Positions 24,580 through 36,589 of a DNA stretch of 64,000 bases are shown piece after piece. The position numbers and the translations under genes were made by a program. The notes beneath the pieces were generated by a model. That model saw nothing but the letters and a program-made list of their open reading frames with translations, made no database searches and was not told where the DNA came from. This DNA is from Squalus acanthias. Taxonomy: Eukaryota. Within the stretch, counting starts at the first letter, position 1. The number at the start of each line of letters is the position of its first letter. Location: contig CM059427.1 of the NCBI GenBank assembly GCA_030390025.1, positions 189,038,001-189,102,000 of the forward strand. Reading direction: 5' to 3'.

Positions 24580-27258
24580 TCACGTCATGTATCGTGACAT
24601 AAACCCAAGATCCCGGTTGAGACCGTCTTCATGAGTGCGGAACTTGGCTATCAGTTTCTGCTCGATGATTTTGCGCTGTCGTGTGTTCCTAAGGTTGCCT
24701 TGGAGAACGCTTTCCCGCAGATCCGAGGCTGAATGTCCTTGACTGCTGAAGTGTTCCCCGACTGGGAGGTAACAATCCTGCCTGGTGATTGTTGCGCGGT
24801 GCTCGTTCATACGTTGTCTCAGTGTCTGCATGGTCTCGCCGATGTACCATGCCGCGGTGCATTCTTTCCTGCAACGTATGAGGTAGACAACGTTGGCCGA
24901 GTCACATGAGTATGTACCATGTACCTGGTGGGTAGTGTCCTCACGTGTGATGGTGGTATCTGTGTTGATGATCTGGCATGTCTTGCAGAGTTTGCCGTGG
25001 CAGGGTTGTGTGGTGTCGTGGTCGCTGTTATCCTGAAAGCTGGGTAATTTGCTGCGAACGATGGTACTTCTGAGGTTAGGCGGCTGTTTGAAGGCAAGTA
25101 GTGGAGGCGTGGGGATGGCCTTAGCGAGGTGTTTGTCGTCATCGATGACATGTTGAAGGCTGCGAAGAACATGGCGTAGTTTCTCCGCTCCGGGGAAGTA
25201 CTGGATGACGTAGGGTACCCTGTTGGTTGTGTCCCGTGTTTGCCTTCTGAGGAGGTCTATGCGATTTTTCGCTGTGGCCCGTCGGAACTGTCGATCGATG
25301 AGTCGAGCGTCATATCCCGTTCTTACGAGGGCGTTTTTCAGCGTCAGTAGGTGTCCATCGCGTTCCTCCTCGTCTGAGCAGATCCTGTGTATTCGCAGGG
25401 CTTGTCCATAGGGGATGGCTTCTGTAACGTGGTTAGGGTGGAAGCTGGAGAAGTGGAGCATCGTGAGGTTGTCCGTGGGCTTGCGGTAGAGTGAAGTGCT
25501 GAGGTGTCCGTCTTTGATGGAGATTCGTGTGTCCAGGAATGAAACCGATTCTGAGGAGTAGTCCATGGTGAGTTTGATGGTGGGATGGAACTTGTTTATG
25601 TTATTGTGTAGTCTTTTCAGTGATCCTTCACCATGGATCCAAAGGAAGAAAATGTTGTCGATGTATCTGGTGTACAGTGTTGGCTGGAGGTCCTGTGCAG
25701 CGAGGAAGTCTTGCTCGAACTTGTGCATGAAGATGTTGGCGTATTGGGGTGCGAATTTGGTCCCCATGGCTGTTCCGTGTGTTTGGGTAAAAAAATGGTT
25801 GTCGAAGGTGAAGACATTGTGGTCAAGGATGAAGCGGATGAGTTGTAGGATGGTGTCTGGAGATTGGCTGTTGTTGGTGTTGAGTACTGAGGCTGTCGCA
25901 GCGATGCCGTCATCGTGGGGGATACTTGTGTAGAGTGCCGATACGTCCATCGTGGCGAGGAGTGTTCCTGGTTCAACTGGTCCATGGGTGGTGAGTTTCT
26001 GTAAGAAGTCTGTAGTGTCGCGACAGAAGCTGGGGGTTCCCTGTACGATGGGTTTCAGAATGCCCTCGACCTATCCAGAGAGGTTCTCACACAGGGTTCC
26101 ATTGCCTGATACGATAGGACGTCCGGGTGTGTTGGCTTTGTGTATCTTTGGGAGGCAGTAGAAGTCTCCCACGCGGGGAGTATGTGGGATGAGAGCGCGT
26201 AGGATGTTTTGAAGGTCTGGATCGAAGGTCTTGATCAGTCTATTGAGTTGGCGGGTGTGTTCTTTGGTCGGATCTGCGGGTAGCTGTCTGTAGTGTTCCT
26301 GGTTGTCCAGTTGTCGGTATGCTTCTTTACAATAGTCCGTTCTGTTCTGTATGACGATGGCTCCTCCTTTGTCCGCTGGTTTGATGACGATGTTGCGGTT
26401 GGTCTTGAGAGCGTGGATGGCGTTGCGTTGTGCTCGGGTGACATTCTGGACTGTCTTGTGAGTGCGGCTGATGAATCTGGCGTTGATGCATCTCCTGACC
26501 GCTTGAGCATACATGTCAAGCTTGGGGCATCGACCCTCCGGAGGGGTCCAGTTTGACTCTTTTTTCTTCGGTTGCTGCACTGCGAGTCCCTCTGTCTGCT
26601 GTTCTGGATCATTGATTGTCTCATTGGGTTTGTTGCTGACATCTTGGGATTTGTGGAAGTATTCCCGGAGCCTCATTCTCCTGATGAATTCCTCCGTGTC
26701 TGCCGCAAGACCGATGGGGTCCATTTTGGTGGTTGGGCAGAACTTGAGCCCCAGGGCGAGAACTTCGATTTCGTCTGGTTGAAGGGTATGGTCGGACAAG
26801 TTGACGATGGACTTCCCTGTGGTTGCAGCCGTGGTACCGGGGGAGGCTTGGTTGCTGCTGGTGGTGATGCCGAGTTTCTCAAGCTTCCTGTTCTTGATGC
26901 GCATGTAGGCAGCGTAGTTCCGTTGCCTCGTCTGTTTGGCGGTGTCTCGTAACTGGTCTGCTGTGTCCTGAGCACAGGCTGAGAGCATGGACTCTATCTT
27001 GGTTTCGAGGTTGCGACGTCTGCTGTAGAGCTGGTGTACGAGATGGTTGAGGAGTGTGCGAGAGGTACGACGGCAAAGTCTCTCAGCGTAGTCTGTGTTG
27101 TATGTCGACTTGAGTGGGTTCGTGATCTGTAGTCCTTTCGGAATCTTGTCTGCTTTCTTGCATCTCTGTAGATACTTGATGTCGGTGTCGATATGCGCGA
27201 TCTTCTTGGCGATTCTCTCCACTTTGAGCCGGCAGTTTGTGGTGTCGATAGTGGTCAT
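24580..27258 (-). pseudogene. Penelope-like RT + GIY-YIG ORF with one premature stop
   Basis: Same length as the right-arm ORF (2679 nt); TAC>TAG at 26071-26073 splits it into the two listed ORFs. Confidence 0.92.
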
Positions 27259-27389
27259 GATGCGGAGATGCCGGTGTTGGACTGGGGTGGACAAAATTGA
27301 GAGGTCACACAACACCAGGTTATAGTCCAACAGTTTTATTTGAATTCTCAATTTTGTCCACCCCAGTCCAACACCGGTATCTCCGCATC

Positions 27390-30068
27390 ATGACCACTAT
27401 CGACACCACAAACTGCCGGCTCAAAGTGGAGAGAATCGCCAAGAAGATCGCGCATATCGACACCGACATCAAGTATCTACAGAGATGCAAGAAAGCAGAC
27501 AAGATTCCGAAAGGACTACAGATCACGAACCCACTCAAGTCGACATACAACACAGACTACGCTGAGAGACTCTGCCGTCGTACCTCTCGCACACTCCTCA
27601 ACCATCTCGTACACCAGCTCTACAGCAAACGCCACAACCTCGAAACCAAGATAGAGTCCATGCTCTCAGCCTGTGCTCAGGACACAGCAGACCAGTTACG
27701 AGACACCGCCAAACAGACGAGGCAACGGAACTACGCTGCCTACATGCGCATCAAGAACAGGAAGCTTGAGAAACTTGGCATCACCACCAGCAGCAACCAA
27801 GCCTCCCCCGGTACCACGGCTGCAACCACAGGGAAGTCCATCGTCAACTTGTCCGACCATACCCTTCAACCAGACGAAATCGAAGTTCTCGCCCTAGGGC
27901 TCAAGTTCTGCCCAACCACCAAAATGGACCCCATCGGTCTTGCGGCAGACACGGAGGAATTCATCAGGAGAATGAGGCTCCGGGAATACTTCCACAAATC
28001 CCAAGATGTCAGCAACAAACCCAATGAGACAATCAATGATCCAGAACAGCAGACAGAGGGACTCGCAGTGCAGCAACCGAAGAAAAAAGAGTCAAACTGG
28101 ACCCCTCCGGAGGGTCGATGCCCCAAGCTTGACATGTATGCTCAAGCGGTCAGGAGATGCATCAACGCCAGATTCATCAGCCGCACTCACAAGACAGTCC
28201 AGAATGTCACCCGAGCACAACGCAACGCCATCCACGCTCTCAAGACCAACCGCAACATCGTCATCAAACCAGCGGACAAAGGAGGAGCCATCGTCATACA
28301 GAACAGAACGGACTATTGTAAAGAAGCATACCGACAACTGGACAACCAGGAACACTACAGACAGCTACCCGCAGATCCGACCAAAGAACACACCCGCCAA
28401 CTCAATAGACTGATCAAGACCTTCGATCCAGACCTTCAAAACATCCTACGCGCTCTCATCCCACATACTCCCCGCGTGGGAGACTTCTACTGCCTCCCAA
28501 AGATACACAAAGCCAACACACCCGGACGTCCTATCGTATCAGGCAATGGAACCCTGTGTGAGAACCTCTCTGGATACGTCGAGGGCATTCTGAAATCCAT
28601 CGTACAGGGAACCCCCAGCTTCTGTCGCGACACTACAGACTTCTTACAGAAACTCACCACCCATGGACCAGTTGAACCAGGAACACTCCTCGCCACGATG
28701 GACGTATCGGCACTCTACACCAGTATCCCCCACGATGACGGCATCGCTGCGACAGCCTCAGTACTCAACATCAACAACAGCCAATCTCCAGACACCATCC
28801 TACAACTCATCCGCTTCATCCTTGACCACAATGTCTTCACCTTCGACAACCATTTTTTTACCCAAACACACGGAACAGCCATGGGGACCAAATTCGCACC
28901 CCAATACGCCAACATCTTCATGCACAAGTTCGAGCAAGACTTCCTCGCTGCACAGGACCTCCAGCCAACACTGTACACCAGATACATCGACAACATTTTC
29001 TTCCTTTGGACCCATGGCGAAGGATCACTGAAAAGACTACACGATAACATAAACAAGTTCCATCCCACCATCAAACTCACCATGGACTACTCCTCAGAAT
29101 TGGTTTCATTCCTGGACACACGAATCTCCATCAAAGACGGACACCTCAACACTTCACTCTACCGCAAGCCCACGGACAACCTCACGATGCTCCACTTCTC
29201 CAGATTCCACCCTAACCACGTTAAAGAAGCCATCCCCTATGGACAAGCCCTGCGCATACACAGGATCTGCTCACACGAGGAGGAACGCGATGGACACCTA
29301 CGGACGCTGAAAAACGCCCTCGTAAGAACGGGATATGACGCTCGACTCATCGATCGACAGTTCCGACGGGCCACAGCGAAAAATCGCATAGACCTCCTCA
29401 GAAGGCAAACACGGGACACAACCAACAGGGTAACCTACGTCGTCCAGTACTTCCCCGGAGCGGAGAAACTATGCCATGTTCTTCGCAGCCTTCAACATGT
29501 CATCGATGACGACAAACACCTCGCTAAGGCCATCCCCACGCCTCCACTACTTGCCTTCAAACAGCCGCCTAACCTCAGAAGTACCATCGTTCGCAGCAAA
29601 TTACCCAGCTTTCAGGATAACAGCGACCACGACACCACACTACCCTGCCACGGCAAACTCTGCAAGACATGCCAGATCATCAACACAGATACCACCATCA
29701 CACGTGAGGACACTACCCACCAGGTACATGGTACATACTCATGTGACTCGGCCAACGTTGTCTACCTCATACGTTGCAGGAAAGAATGCACCGCGGCATG
29801 GTACATCGGCGAGACCATGCAGACACTGAGACAACGTATGAACGAGCACCGTGCAACAATCACCAGGCAGGATTGTTACCTCCCAGTCGGGGAACACTTC
29901 AGCAGTCAAGGACATTCAGCCTCGGATCTGCGGGTAAGCGTTCTCCAAGGCAACCTTAGGAACACACGACAGCGCAAAATCGTCGAGCAGAAACTGATAG
30001 CCAAGTTCCGCACTCATGAAGACGGTCTCAACCGGGATCTTGGGTTTATGTCACGATACATGACGTGA
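27390..30068 (+). CDS. Penelope-like RT + GIY-YIG endonuclease, 892 aa, open but with YIDN in RT
   Basis: IKPADKGG, LPKIHK, MDVSALYTSIP, GTAMG, RYIDN, FLD, PCHGKLCKTC linker, NVVYLIRC..YIGET; ATG at 27390 follows the pLTR. Confidence 0.92.
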   Translation: MTTIDTTNCRLKVERIAKKIAHIDTDIKYLQRCKKADKIPKGLQITNPLKSTYNTDYAERLCRRTSRTLLNHLVHQLYSKRHNLETKIESMLSACAQDTADQLRDTAKQTRQRNYAAYMRIKNRKLEKLGITTSSNQASPGTTAATTGKSIVNLSDHTLQPDEIEVLALGLKFCPTTKMDPIGLAADTEEFIRRMRLREYFHKSQDVSNKPNETINDPEQQTEGLAVQQPKKKESNWTPPEGRCPKLDMYAQAVRRCINARFISRTHKTVQNVTRAQRNAIHALKTNRNIVIKPADKGGAIVIQNRTDYCKEAYRQLDNQEHYRQLPADPTKEHTRQLNRLIKTFDPDLQNILRALIPHTPRVGDFYCLPKIHKANTPGRPIVSGNGTLCENLSGYVEGILKSIVQGTPSFCRDTTDFLQKLTTHGPVEPGTLLATMDVSALYTSIPHDDGIAATASVLNINNSQSPDTILQLIRFILDHNVFTFDNHFFTQTHGTAMGTKFAPQYANIFMHKFEQDFLAAQDLQPTLYTRYIDNIFFLWTHGEGSLKRLHDNINKFHPTIKLTMDYSSELVSFLDTRISIKDGHLNTSLYRKPTDNLTMLHFSRFHPNHVKEAIPYGQALRIHRICSHEEERDGHLRTLKNALVRTGYDARLIDRQFRRATAKNRIDLLRRQTRDTTNRVTYVVQYFPGAEKLCHVLRSLQHVIDDDKHLAKAIPTPPLLAFKQPPNLRSTIVRSKLPSFQDNSDHDTTLPCHGKLCKTCQIINTDTTITREDTTHQVHGTYSCDSANVVYLIRCRKECTAAWYIGETMQTLRQRMNEHRATITRQDCYLPVGEHFSSQGHSASDLRVSVLQGNLRNTRQRKIVEQKLIAKFRTHEDGLNRDLGFMSRYMT

Positions 30069-30400
30069 TCCGAACTCGAGTCGTCGTTGGCTTGTTCACA
30101 GATGTGATTCCCAGTAAAAAAGTAAAAATTTTCCCAGTAAAAAAGTAAAACATTTTTACAGCTTATCGTTTTACATACAGACGGCAGCTTTTGACACGTT
30201 AGACCCCTGCGACTCCACCTCATTGTCTCAGTTGTATCTTGCTATGTCTTTGATGTGGTACCTTCCTGGCTGACCTGATTAACTTTATCACACCTCGGCA
30301 GATAGTCAGGATGATTTAATTTAGTTGTCTGCAATTGTAAGGTACACATGCATTGTTCTCTATTTATATATGCTTTGTCGAGTCTGTATTTCTTTACTAC

Positions 30401-30444
30401 TTCACCTGAGGAAGGGGCGATCGATAGCTCCGAAAGCTTGTGAT
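30401..30444 (+). ncRNA. Minimal type I hammerhead ribozyme motif in Penelope pLTR
   Basis: UCAC-CUGAGGA-A-GGGGC..GCUCC-GAAA-GC-UU-GUGA: core boxes, stem II, palindromic stem III, stem I UCAC/GUGA. Confidence 0.75.
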
Positions 30445-30819
30445 TTCAAATAAAACTGTTGGACTATAACCTGGTGTTGTGCGACCTCTCAATTTTGTCA
30501 ACTTTGTTTTGACATTGGTGGTGTCAGTGTTCCACAGTATCGAAGTGCTGCAAACACTGACAATCACTGCAAAGAGGTGCAGGGCTGCACACAGGTTCTC
30601 CCATGACTAGCTCCATATAAACACACAGGGACGTCCTCTTCCCTTCCCATAAGCGGAAGAGACCTCCCCAGGAGACCAACACAGCCTGGTTGCGCATTGC
30701 GGCGGAGGTCACACGCAGGGATGTCGTCAGCAGGACCAGGGTGCAGTGGCGCAAACCTTTCAATGATCTCATTAGATCACAAAACATTCGGTCAAAGCCA
30801 CACTCACTTTGCACAAAAG

Positions 30820-31722
30820 AAGATGCTTGTGGTGGTTGGAGGTCAATCATCACAGCCCCAGGACATCACTGTGGGAGTTCCTCAGGGCAGTATCCTAGGC
30901 CCAACCATCTTCAGCTGCTTCATCAATGACCTTCCCTCCATCATAAGGTCAGAAGTGGGGATGTTCGCTGATGATTGCACAGTGTTCAGTTCCATATTTT
31001 GGACTCCACAGGAAGCATCTGGTTGAGTTTAACATTTGATGCATTTTTTAATGTTTAATGCCTTTCTTACTACAGGGTTATAGCCTATGAAACCCAGGCA
31101 GAGAGGACCTGCGGGAAGGAGGGAGGAGGACAGTAGGAGTATTTTTGTGTGTGTGTGCTAGGCCGATGTAGCAGAGCCTGGTCTCCAATCGTCTTGGATC
31201 CCCTTGCCATTGGACCAAGACCTTGCTCTGTCAAGCCCGTGTGGTAGCTGCTGTGCAATGGCCACCCCATGTTAAAAGAATTCATGCACAGGCATCTTCC
31301 ACCCTTTAAAATGAAGTTCGGGACCTGGAACGTCAGGACCCTCATGGACAACCCCAACAGCAACAGAGACTGTAGGTCCCGCATTGGACTCATCAGTCAC
31401 CTGAGAACTCATTTTTAGTGTGGAACAAGTCATCCTCTGTTCCGAGGGACTGCCTAAGAGAAGAAGTCCAGTTCCATTCGCAACTCCTCAGATAATGAAG
31501 TATTCTGTGCCCGCATGCAGCAAGACCTGGACGACTTTCAGGCTTGGGCTGATAAGTGGCAGGTTAACATTCATGCCACACAAGTACCAGGCAATGACTA
31601 TCTCCAACAAGTAAGCATCTAACCACCGCCCCTTGACATTCAATGGCATTACTATCGCCGATGGGCAATAAAATGCTGGGCTTGCCAGCGACGCCCAGAT
31701 CCCATGAACGAATAAAAAAAAG
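30820..31722 (+). mobile_element. CR1/L2-group LINE 3' part, internally deleted, with nested RTE derivative
   Basis: GVPQGSILGPTIFSCFINDL..MFADD; A-tail at ~31712-31721. Confidence 0.7.
30996..31465 (+). mobile_element. Non-autonomous RTE-derived element (5' end fused to 3' end)
   Basis: MKFGTWNVRTLMDNPNSNR (RTE APE start, 31311) fused to IGLISHLRTH-type C-terminus and an (AAG)-like tail; TSD cagttccat at 30987-95 and 31469-77. Confidence 0.65.
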
Positions 31723-32869
31723 TTACTCAAATCACATTTAATCATTCTTTTAAAATCAAATATGATTGCAGTAAGATTGCCTACCTTGTGGGAAGAGACT
31801 AGTGAAGAAGTCCAGAGACTGAGCAGCAAAGCTCCCAGCACAGCGACACACAACACACTGAGATTCTCAGTCGTTGTTCCGCACAAAGTAATTGACGCTG
31901 TCTCTTGTGAAATCACAGGGCAGGCGAGCTTCCTCTTCCCCTTCAGCTCAGGGTTCAGGCATCATTGTTTGAGCTGAGAAAGAAAATTGGCTCACAATCG
32001 GAAACAGAGGGTAGCTCAAATGAGAACTTAACAAGCTCAAAAACATTTCGGGATGGGTAGCAAAGGGGTCAGTCCTGGGATCTGTTATTGTAAATGTTAC
32101 TGGAAGAAGTCAAATGGCAGAGCTCATGATAAATCAGAGAATCTGCTGTTTTATAATGAAAGGAGTGTTATAACATGAAGTGCCTAGGGTCGAAATTCTG
32201 GGGTTCCAGCTCCGCTACAGAATACGGACAGACCGGGACTCCCTGCCACCTCCAGCCATAAACTTTGACCCCGCCCCAATTCCCTGGGATGGGATCATTA
32301 GCACGTTTGGGCGATTGCGTCACACCTGTAAAGTTAATCTGTGATTCCCCCTCGATCCACTCCACGAGATAAGGATCGGGAGACGACCGCTCCAGGTAAC
32401 AGAAGATGAGAGAGGGCAAATGAGGAACAATATAACCCGATTCAGAAGGACTTAAATCTTATAGGCACAAATCTATAAGACACTGGATCGAACCTACACA
32501 GCTTTGGTCACCCAATTACAGGAAATATATTATTGCCTTTGGAAGATTGCTGAGATGTGCAAGAATGATAATTTATCAAGAAAGATTAAGGAATTCACAC
32601 TTTGAGGAAGTCCACTGGAAATTTTCAAGATTCTTAGAGAGCAAACACAATTGATCAATACATGTTGCTCCATATGATGAGGGGCGCAAAAATTAAGGAT
32701 TAGTATTGGAAGGGAGGGCAGGGAGAAATTTTTCAATGTAGGGATATTAGTCAGGGAATAAGATACCAGGGAAGACCATTGAATCAGATGGTAGACATGG
32801 GTTACATAAAAACATAAGGCCAGTTATTTGTTCAATGCTGATATATGTACCGGGGACCCACATGCTGAG

Positions 32870-34965
32870 ATAAGAACCTAAGAACTTAAGATATAGGAGC
32901 AGGAGGAGGCCATTTGGCTCTTCAGCCTGCTCCGCCATTCAATAAGATCATGGCTGATCTTCTACCGCATCTCCACTTTCCTGCAATATGCCGATATCAC
33001 TTGATTCCCTTAACATCCAAATATCTATTGATCTCTGTCTTGAATATACTCAATGACTGAACCTCCACAGCCCTCTGGTGTAGAGAATTCCAAAGATTCA
33101 CCACCCTCTCAGTGAAGAAATTTCTCCTCATCTCAGTCCTAAATGGCCGACCCCTTATTCTGAGACTGTGTACCCTGGGTCTAGACTCCCCAGCAATGGG
33201 GAAACATCCTCCCTGCATCTACCCTGTCAAGCCCTGTAACAATTTTGTATGTTTCAATGAGATCACCTCTCATTCTTCAAAACTCTAGAGAATATAGGCC
33301 TAGTTTGCTCAACCTCTCATCATAGGACAATCCCCCCATCCCAGGAATCAGTCAGGTGAACCTTCGTTGCACTCTCTCTATGGCAAGTATATCATCCTTA
33401 GGTAAGGAGATCAAAACTGTACACAATACTCCAGGTGTGATCTCACCAGGGCCCTATATAATTGCAGTAAGACACCTTTACTCTTATACTCAAATCCTCT
33501 TGTAATAAAGGCCAACATACCATTTGCTTTACTAATTGCTTACTGTACCTGCATGTTAACTTTAAGTGATTTGTGTACAAGGACACCCAGGTCGCTCTTA
33601 ACATCAACATTTCCCAATCTCTCACCATTTAAACATACACTGCTTTCTATTTTTCCTACCAAATTGGATAACTTCACATTTCTCCACATTATATTCCATT
33701 TGCCATGTTCTTGTCCACTCACTTAGCCTGTCTATATCTCCTTGAAGCCTACATAAGAATATAAGAACATAAGGAATAGGAGCAGGAATTGGACACTTGG
33801 CCCCTCGAGCCTGCTCCGCCATTCAATAAGATCATGGCTGATTTTGGGCTCAAAGCCACTTCCCCGCCTACTCCCCATAACCCTTCACTCCCTTATCTTG
33901 CAAAAATCTGTCTATCACCACCTTAAATGTATTTAATGACCCAGCCTCGACAGCTCTCTGGGGCAGAGAATTCGACAGATTTACGACCCTCTGAGAGAGG
34001 AAATTCCTCCTCATCTCAGTTCTAAAAGGGTGACCCTTTATTCTGAAACTGTGCCCCCGTGTTCTAGATTTCCCCACTAGGGGAAACATCCTCTCTGCAT
34101 CTATCTTCTCAAGCCCCCTCAGTATCTTATATGTTTCAATAAGATCACCTCTCATTCTTCTAAATTCCAATGAGCATAGGCCCAGCCTGCTCAACCTTTC
34201 CTCATAAGTCAACCCCCTCATCTCTGGAATTAACCTAGTGAATCGTCTCTGAACTGCCTCCAATGCAAGTATATCCTTCCTTAAATAAGGAGACCAAAAC
34301 TGTACGCAGTGCTCAAGGTGTAGTCTCACCAATACCCTGTACAGTTGTAGCAGGACTTCCCTGCTTTTATACTCCAACCCCTTTTAAATAAAGGCCAACA
34401 TTCCATTTGCCTTTTTGATTAATGCTGTACCTGCATGCTAACTTTTTGTGTTTCATGCACAAGGACCCCCAGGTCCCTCTGAACTGTAGCATTTTGTAAT
34501 CTCTCTCCATTTAAATAATAATTTGCTTTTTTATTTTTCCTGCCAAAGTGTATAACCTCACACTTTCCCACATTATACTCCACCTGCTGAATTTTTGCTC
34601 ACTCACTTAACCTATCTATATCCCTTTGCAGGTTCTTTGAGTCCTCTGCACAACTTGCTTTCCCACCCATCTTTATATCATCCGCAAACTTGGCTACATT
34701 ACACTCGGTCCCTTCATCCAAGTCATTAATGTAGATTGTAAATAGTTGAGGCCCCAGCAACGATCCCTGTGGCACCCCACGAGTTACTGTTTGCCAACGG
34801 GAAAATGACCCATTTATCCCGACTCTCTGCTTTCTGTTAGTTAGCCAATTCTCTATCCATGCTAATATATTACCCCCAATTCCGTGAGCTCTTATCTTAT
34901 GCAGTAACCTTTTTTGTGGCACCTTATCGAATGCCATCTGGAAATCCAAATACACCACATCCACT
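32870..34965 (-). mobile_element. Two adjacent or nested CR1 3' fragments
   Basis: Tails at ~32870 and ~33752; ORF2 C-terminal peptides at 32997-33750 and 33868-34965. Confidence 0.85.
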
Positions 34966-36470
34966 GGAAATAGTAGATGCATTGCTGGTCATCTTTCAAA
35001 ATTCTATAGACTCTGAAACAGTTCCCATGGATTGGAGGGTAGCTAATGTAACCCCACTATTTAAAAAAGGTGGTAGAGAAAAATCGGGGAATTATAGACC
35101 GGTAAGTCTGACATCGGTAGTGGGCAAAATGCTAGAGTCCATTATAAAAGATGTAATAGCAGAGCACTTGGAAAACCGTGACAGGATCGGACAAAGTCAA
35201 CATGGATTTACAAAAGGTAAATCATGCCGAACTAATCTACTGGAATTTTTTGAGGATGTAACTGGGAGAATAGATAAGGGAGAACCAGTGGATGTGGTGT
35301 ATTTGGACTTTCAGAAGGCTTTCGATAAGGTCCTGCATAAGAGATTAGCGTGCAAAGTTAAAGCACATGGGATTGGGGGTAAGATACTGATTTGGATAGA
35401 GAACTGGTTGGCAGACAGGAAGCAAAGAGTTGGAATAAACGGATCTTTTTCCGAGTGGCAGGCCGTGACTAGTGGGGTACCGCAGGGATCGGTGCTAGGA
35501 CCCCAGCTATTCACAATATATATTAATGATCTAGACGAGGGAACTAGATGTAATATCTCTAAGTTTGCAGACGACAAACAGCTGGGTGGGCGTGTGTGCT
35601 GTGAGCAGGATGCAGACAATCTCCAGTACGATTTGGACAGGTTGGGTGATTGGGCAGATGCATGGCAGATGCAGTATAATGTGGATAAATGCGAGGTAAT
35701 CCAATTTGGTATCAAAATCAGGAAGACAGATTATTATCTGAACGGCAATAGATTGGGAAAAGGGGAAGTGCAACGAGATCTGGAAATCCTTGTGCACCAG
35801 TCGCTGAAGGTAAGCATGCAGGTGCAGCAGGCGGTTAAGAAGGCAAATGGTATGTTTGCCTTCATAGCGAGAGGATTCAAGTACAGGAGCAAGGATGTCT
35901 TGCTGCAGTTGTACAAGGCCTTGGTGAGACCACACCTTGAGTATTGTGTGCAGTTTTGGTCGCCTTATCTGAGGAAGGATGTTCTTGCCATGGAGGGAGT
36001 GCAGCAAAGATTTACCAGGCTGATACCTGGGATGGCAGGAATGACGTATGAAGAGAGATTGGGTCGTTTAGGCTTATATTCGCTAGAGTTTAGAAGAATG
36101 AGAGGGGATCTCATTCAAACTTATAAAATTCTAACAGGACTAGACAGACTAGATGCAGGAAGGATGTTCCCGATGGCGGGGGAGTCCAGAATCAGAGTTC
36201 ACAGTGTAAGGATAAGGGGTAAGCCATTTAGGACTGAGATGAGGAGGAATTTCTTCACCCAGAGAGTGGTGAACCTGTCGAATTCTCAACCACAGAAGGC
36301 AGTTGAGGCCAATCCATTAAATATATTCAGCAAGGAGATAGATATATTTCTTAATGCTGAAGGGATCAAGGGATATGGGGAGAAAGCAGGCACAGGGTAC
36401 TGAATTTGGATGATCAGCCATGATCTCATTAAATGGCGGACCAGGTTCCTGTCCCTGTGTTCCTATGTAC
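34966..36470 (+). mobile_element. CR1 ORF2 RT half, 5'-truncated
   Basis: [11 protein letters not shown]...GVPQGSVLGP..FADD..KGYGEKAGTGY; close to the 46686-48868 copy. Confidence 0.9.
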
Positions 36471-36589
36471 CGCTCAGCCAAGGCTGTCACTTAACAGTCC
36501 TTGTTTGAAATATTTTAGCCCAGCTATCAAAGTTTTACTTGGTACGTATTAATTATAACTCAGAATACAAAAATCAATAGTCATTAACT

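Larger units (their letters stand above)
24120..30498. mobile_element. Head-to-head dimer of Penelope-like elements (Neptune-type), 6.4-kb palindrome
   Basis: Arms ~24120-27343 (-) and ~27346-30498 (+) are near-perfect reverse complements; 14-bp TSD caactttgttttga at 24106-24119 and 30499-30512. Confidence 0.93.
23905..30785 (+). mobile_element. Harbinger fragment with decayed MYB/SANT exon, split by the Penelope palindrome
   Basis: 30620-30780 translates RDVLFPSHKRKRPPQETNTAWLRIAAEVTRRDVVSRTRVQWRKPFNDLIRS, homologous to 53826-54068; outer limits approximate. Confidence 0.6.

Noticed and set aside
27297-27389. N-terminal extension of the 923-aa Penelope ORF
   Set aside because: It starts at a non-ATG codon and crosses the palindrome junction; ATG 27390 mirrors ATG 27258
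24120-30498. Palindrome as an assembly fold-back artefact
   Set aside because: The arms differ at many positions including a stop codon, the centre is asymmetric, and a TSD with continuous host sequence flanks it; read-level confirmation is still needed
34859-36403. 514-aa ORF with a novel N-terminus, or a twin-primed inversion
   Set aside because: The first ~35 codons are the antisense of another CR1 copy; both pieces have their own 3' ends and differ in sequence
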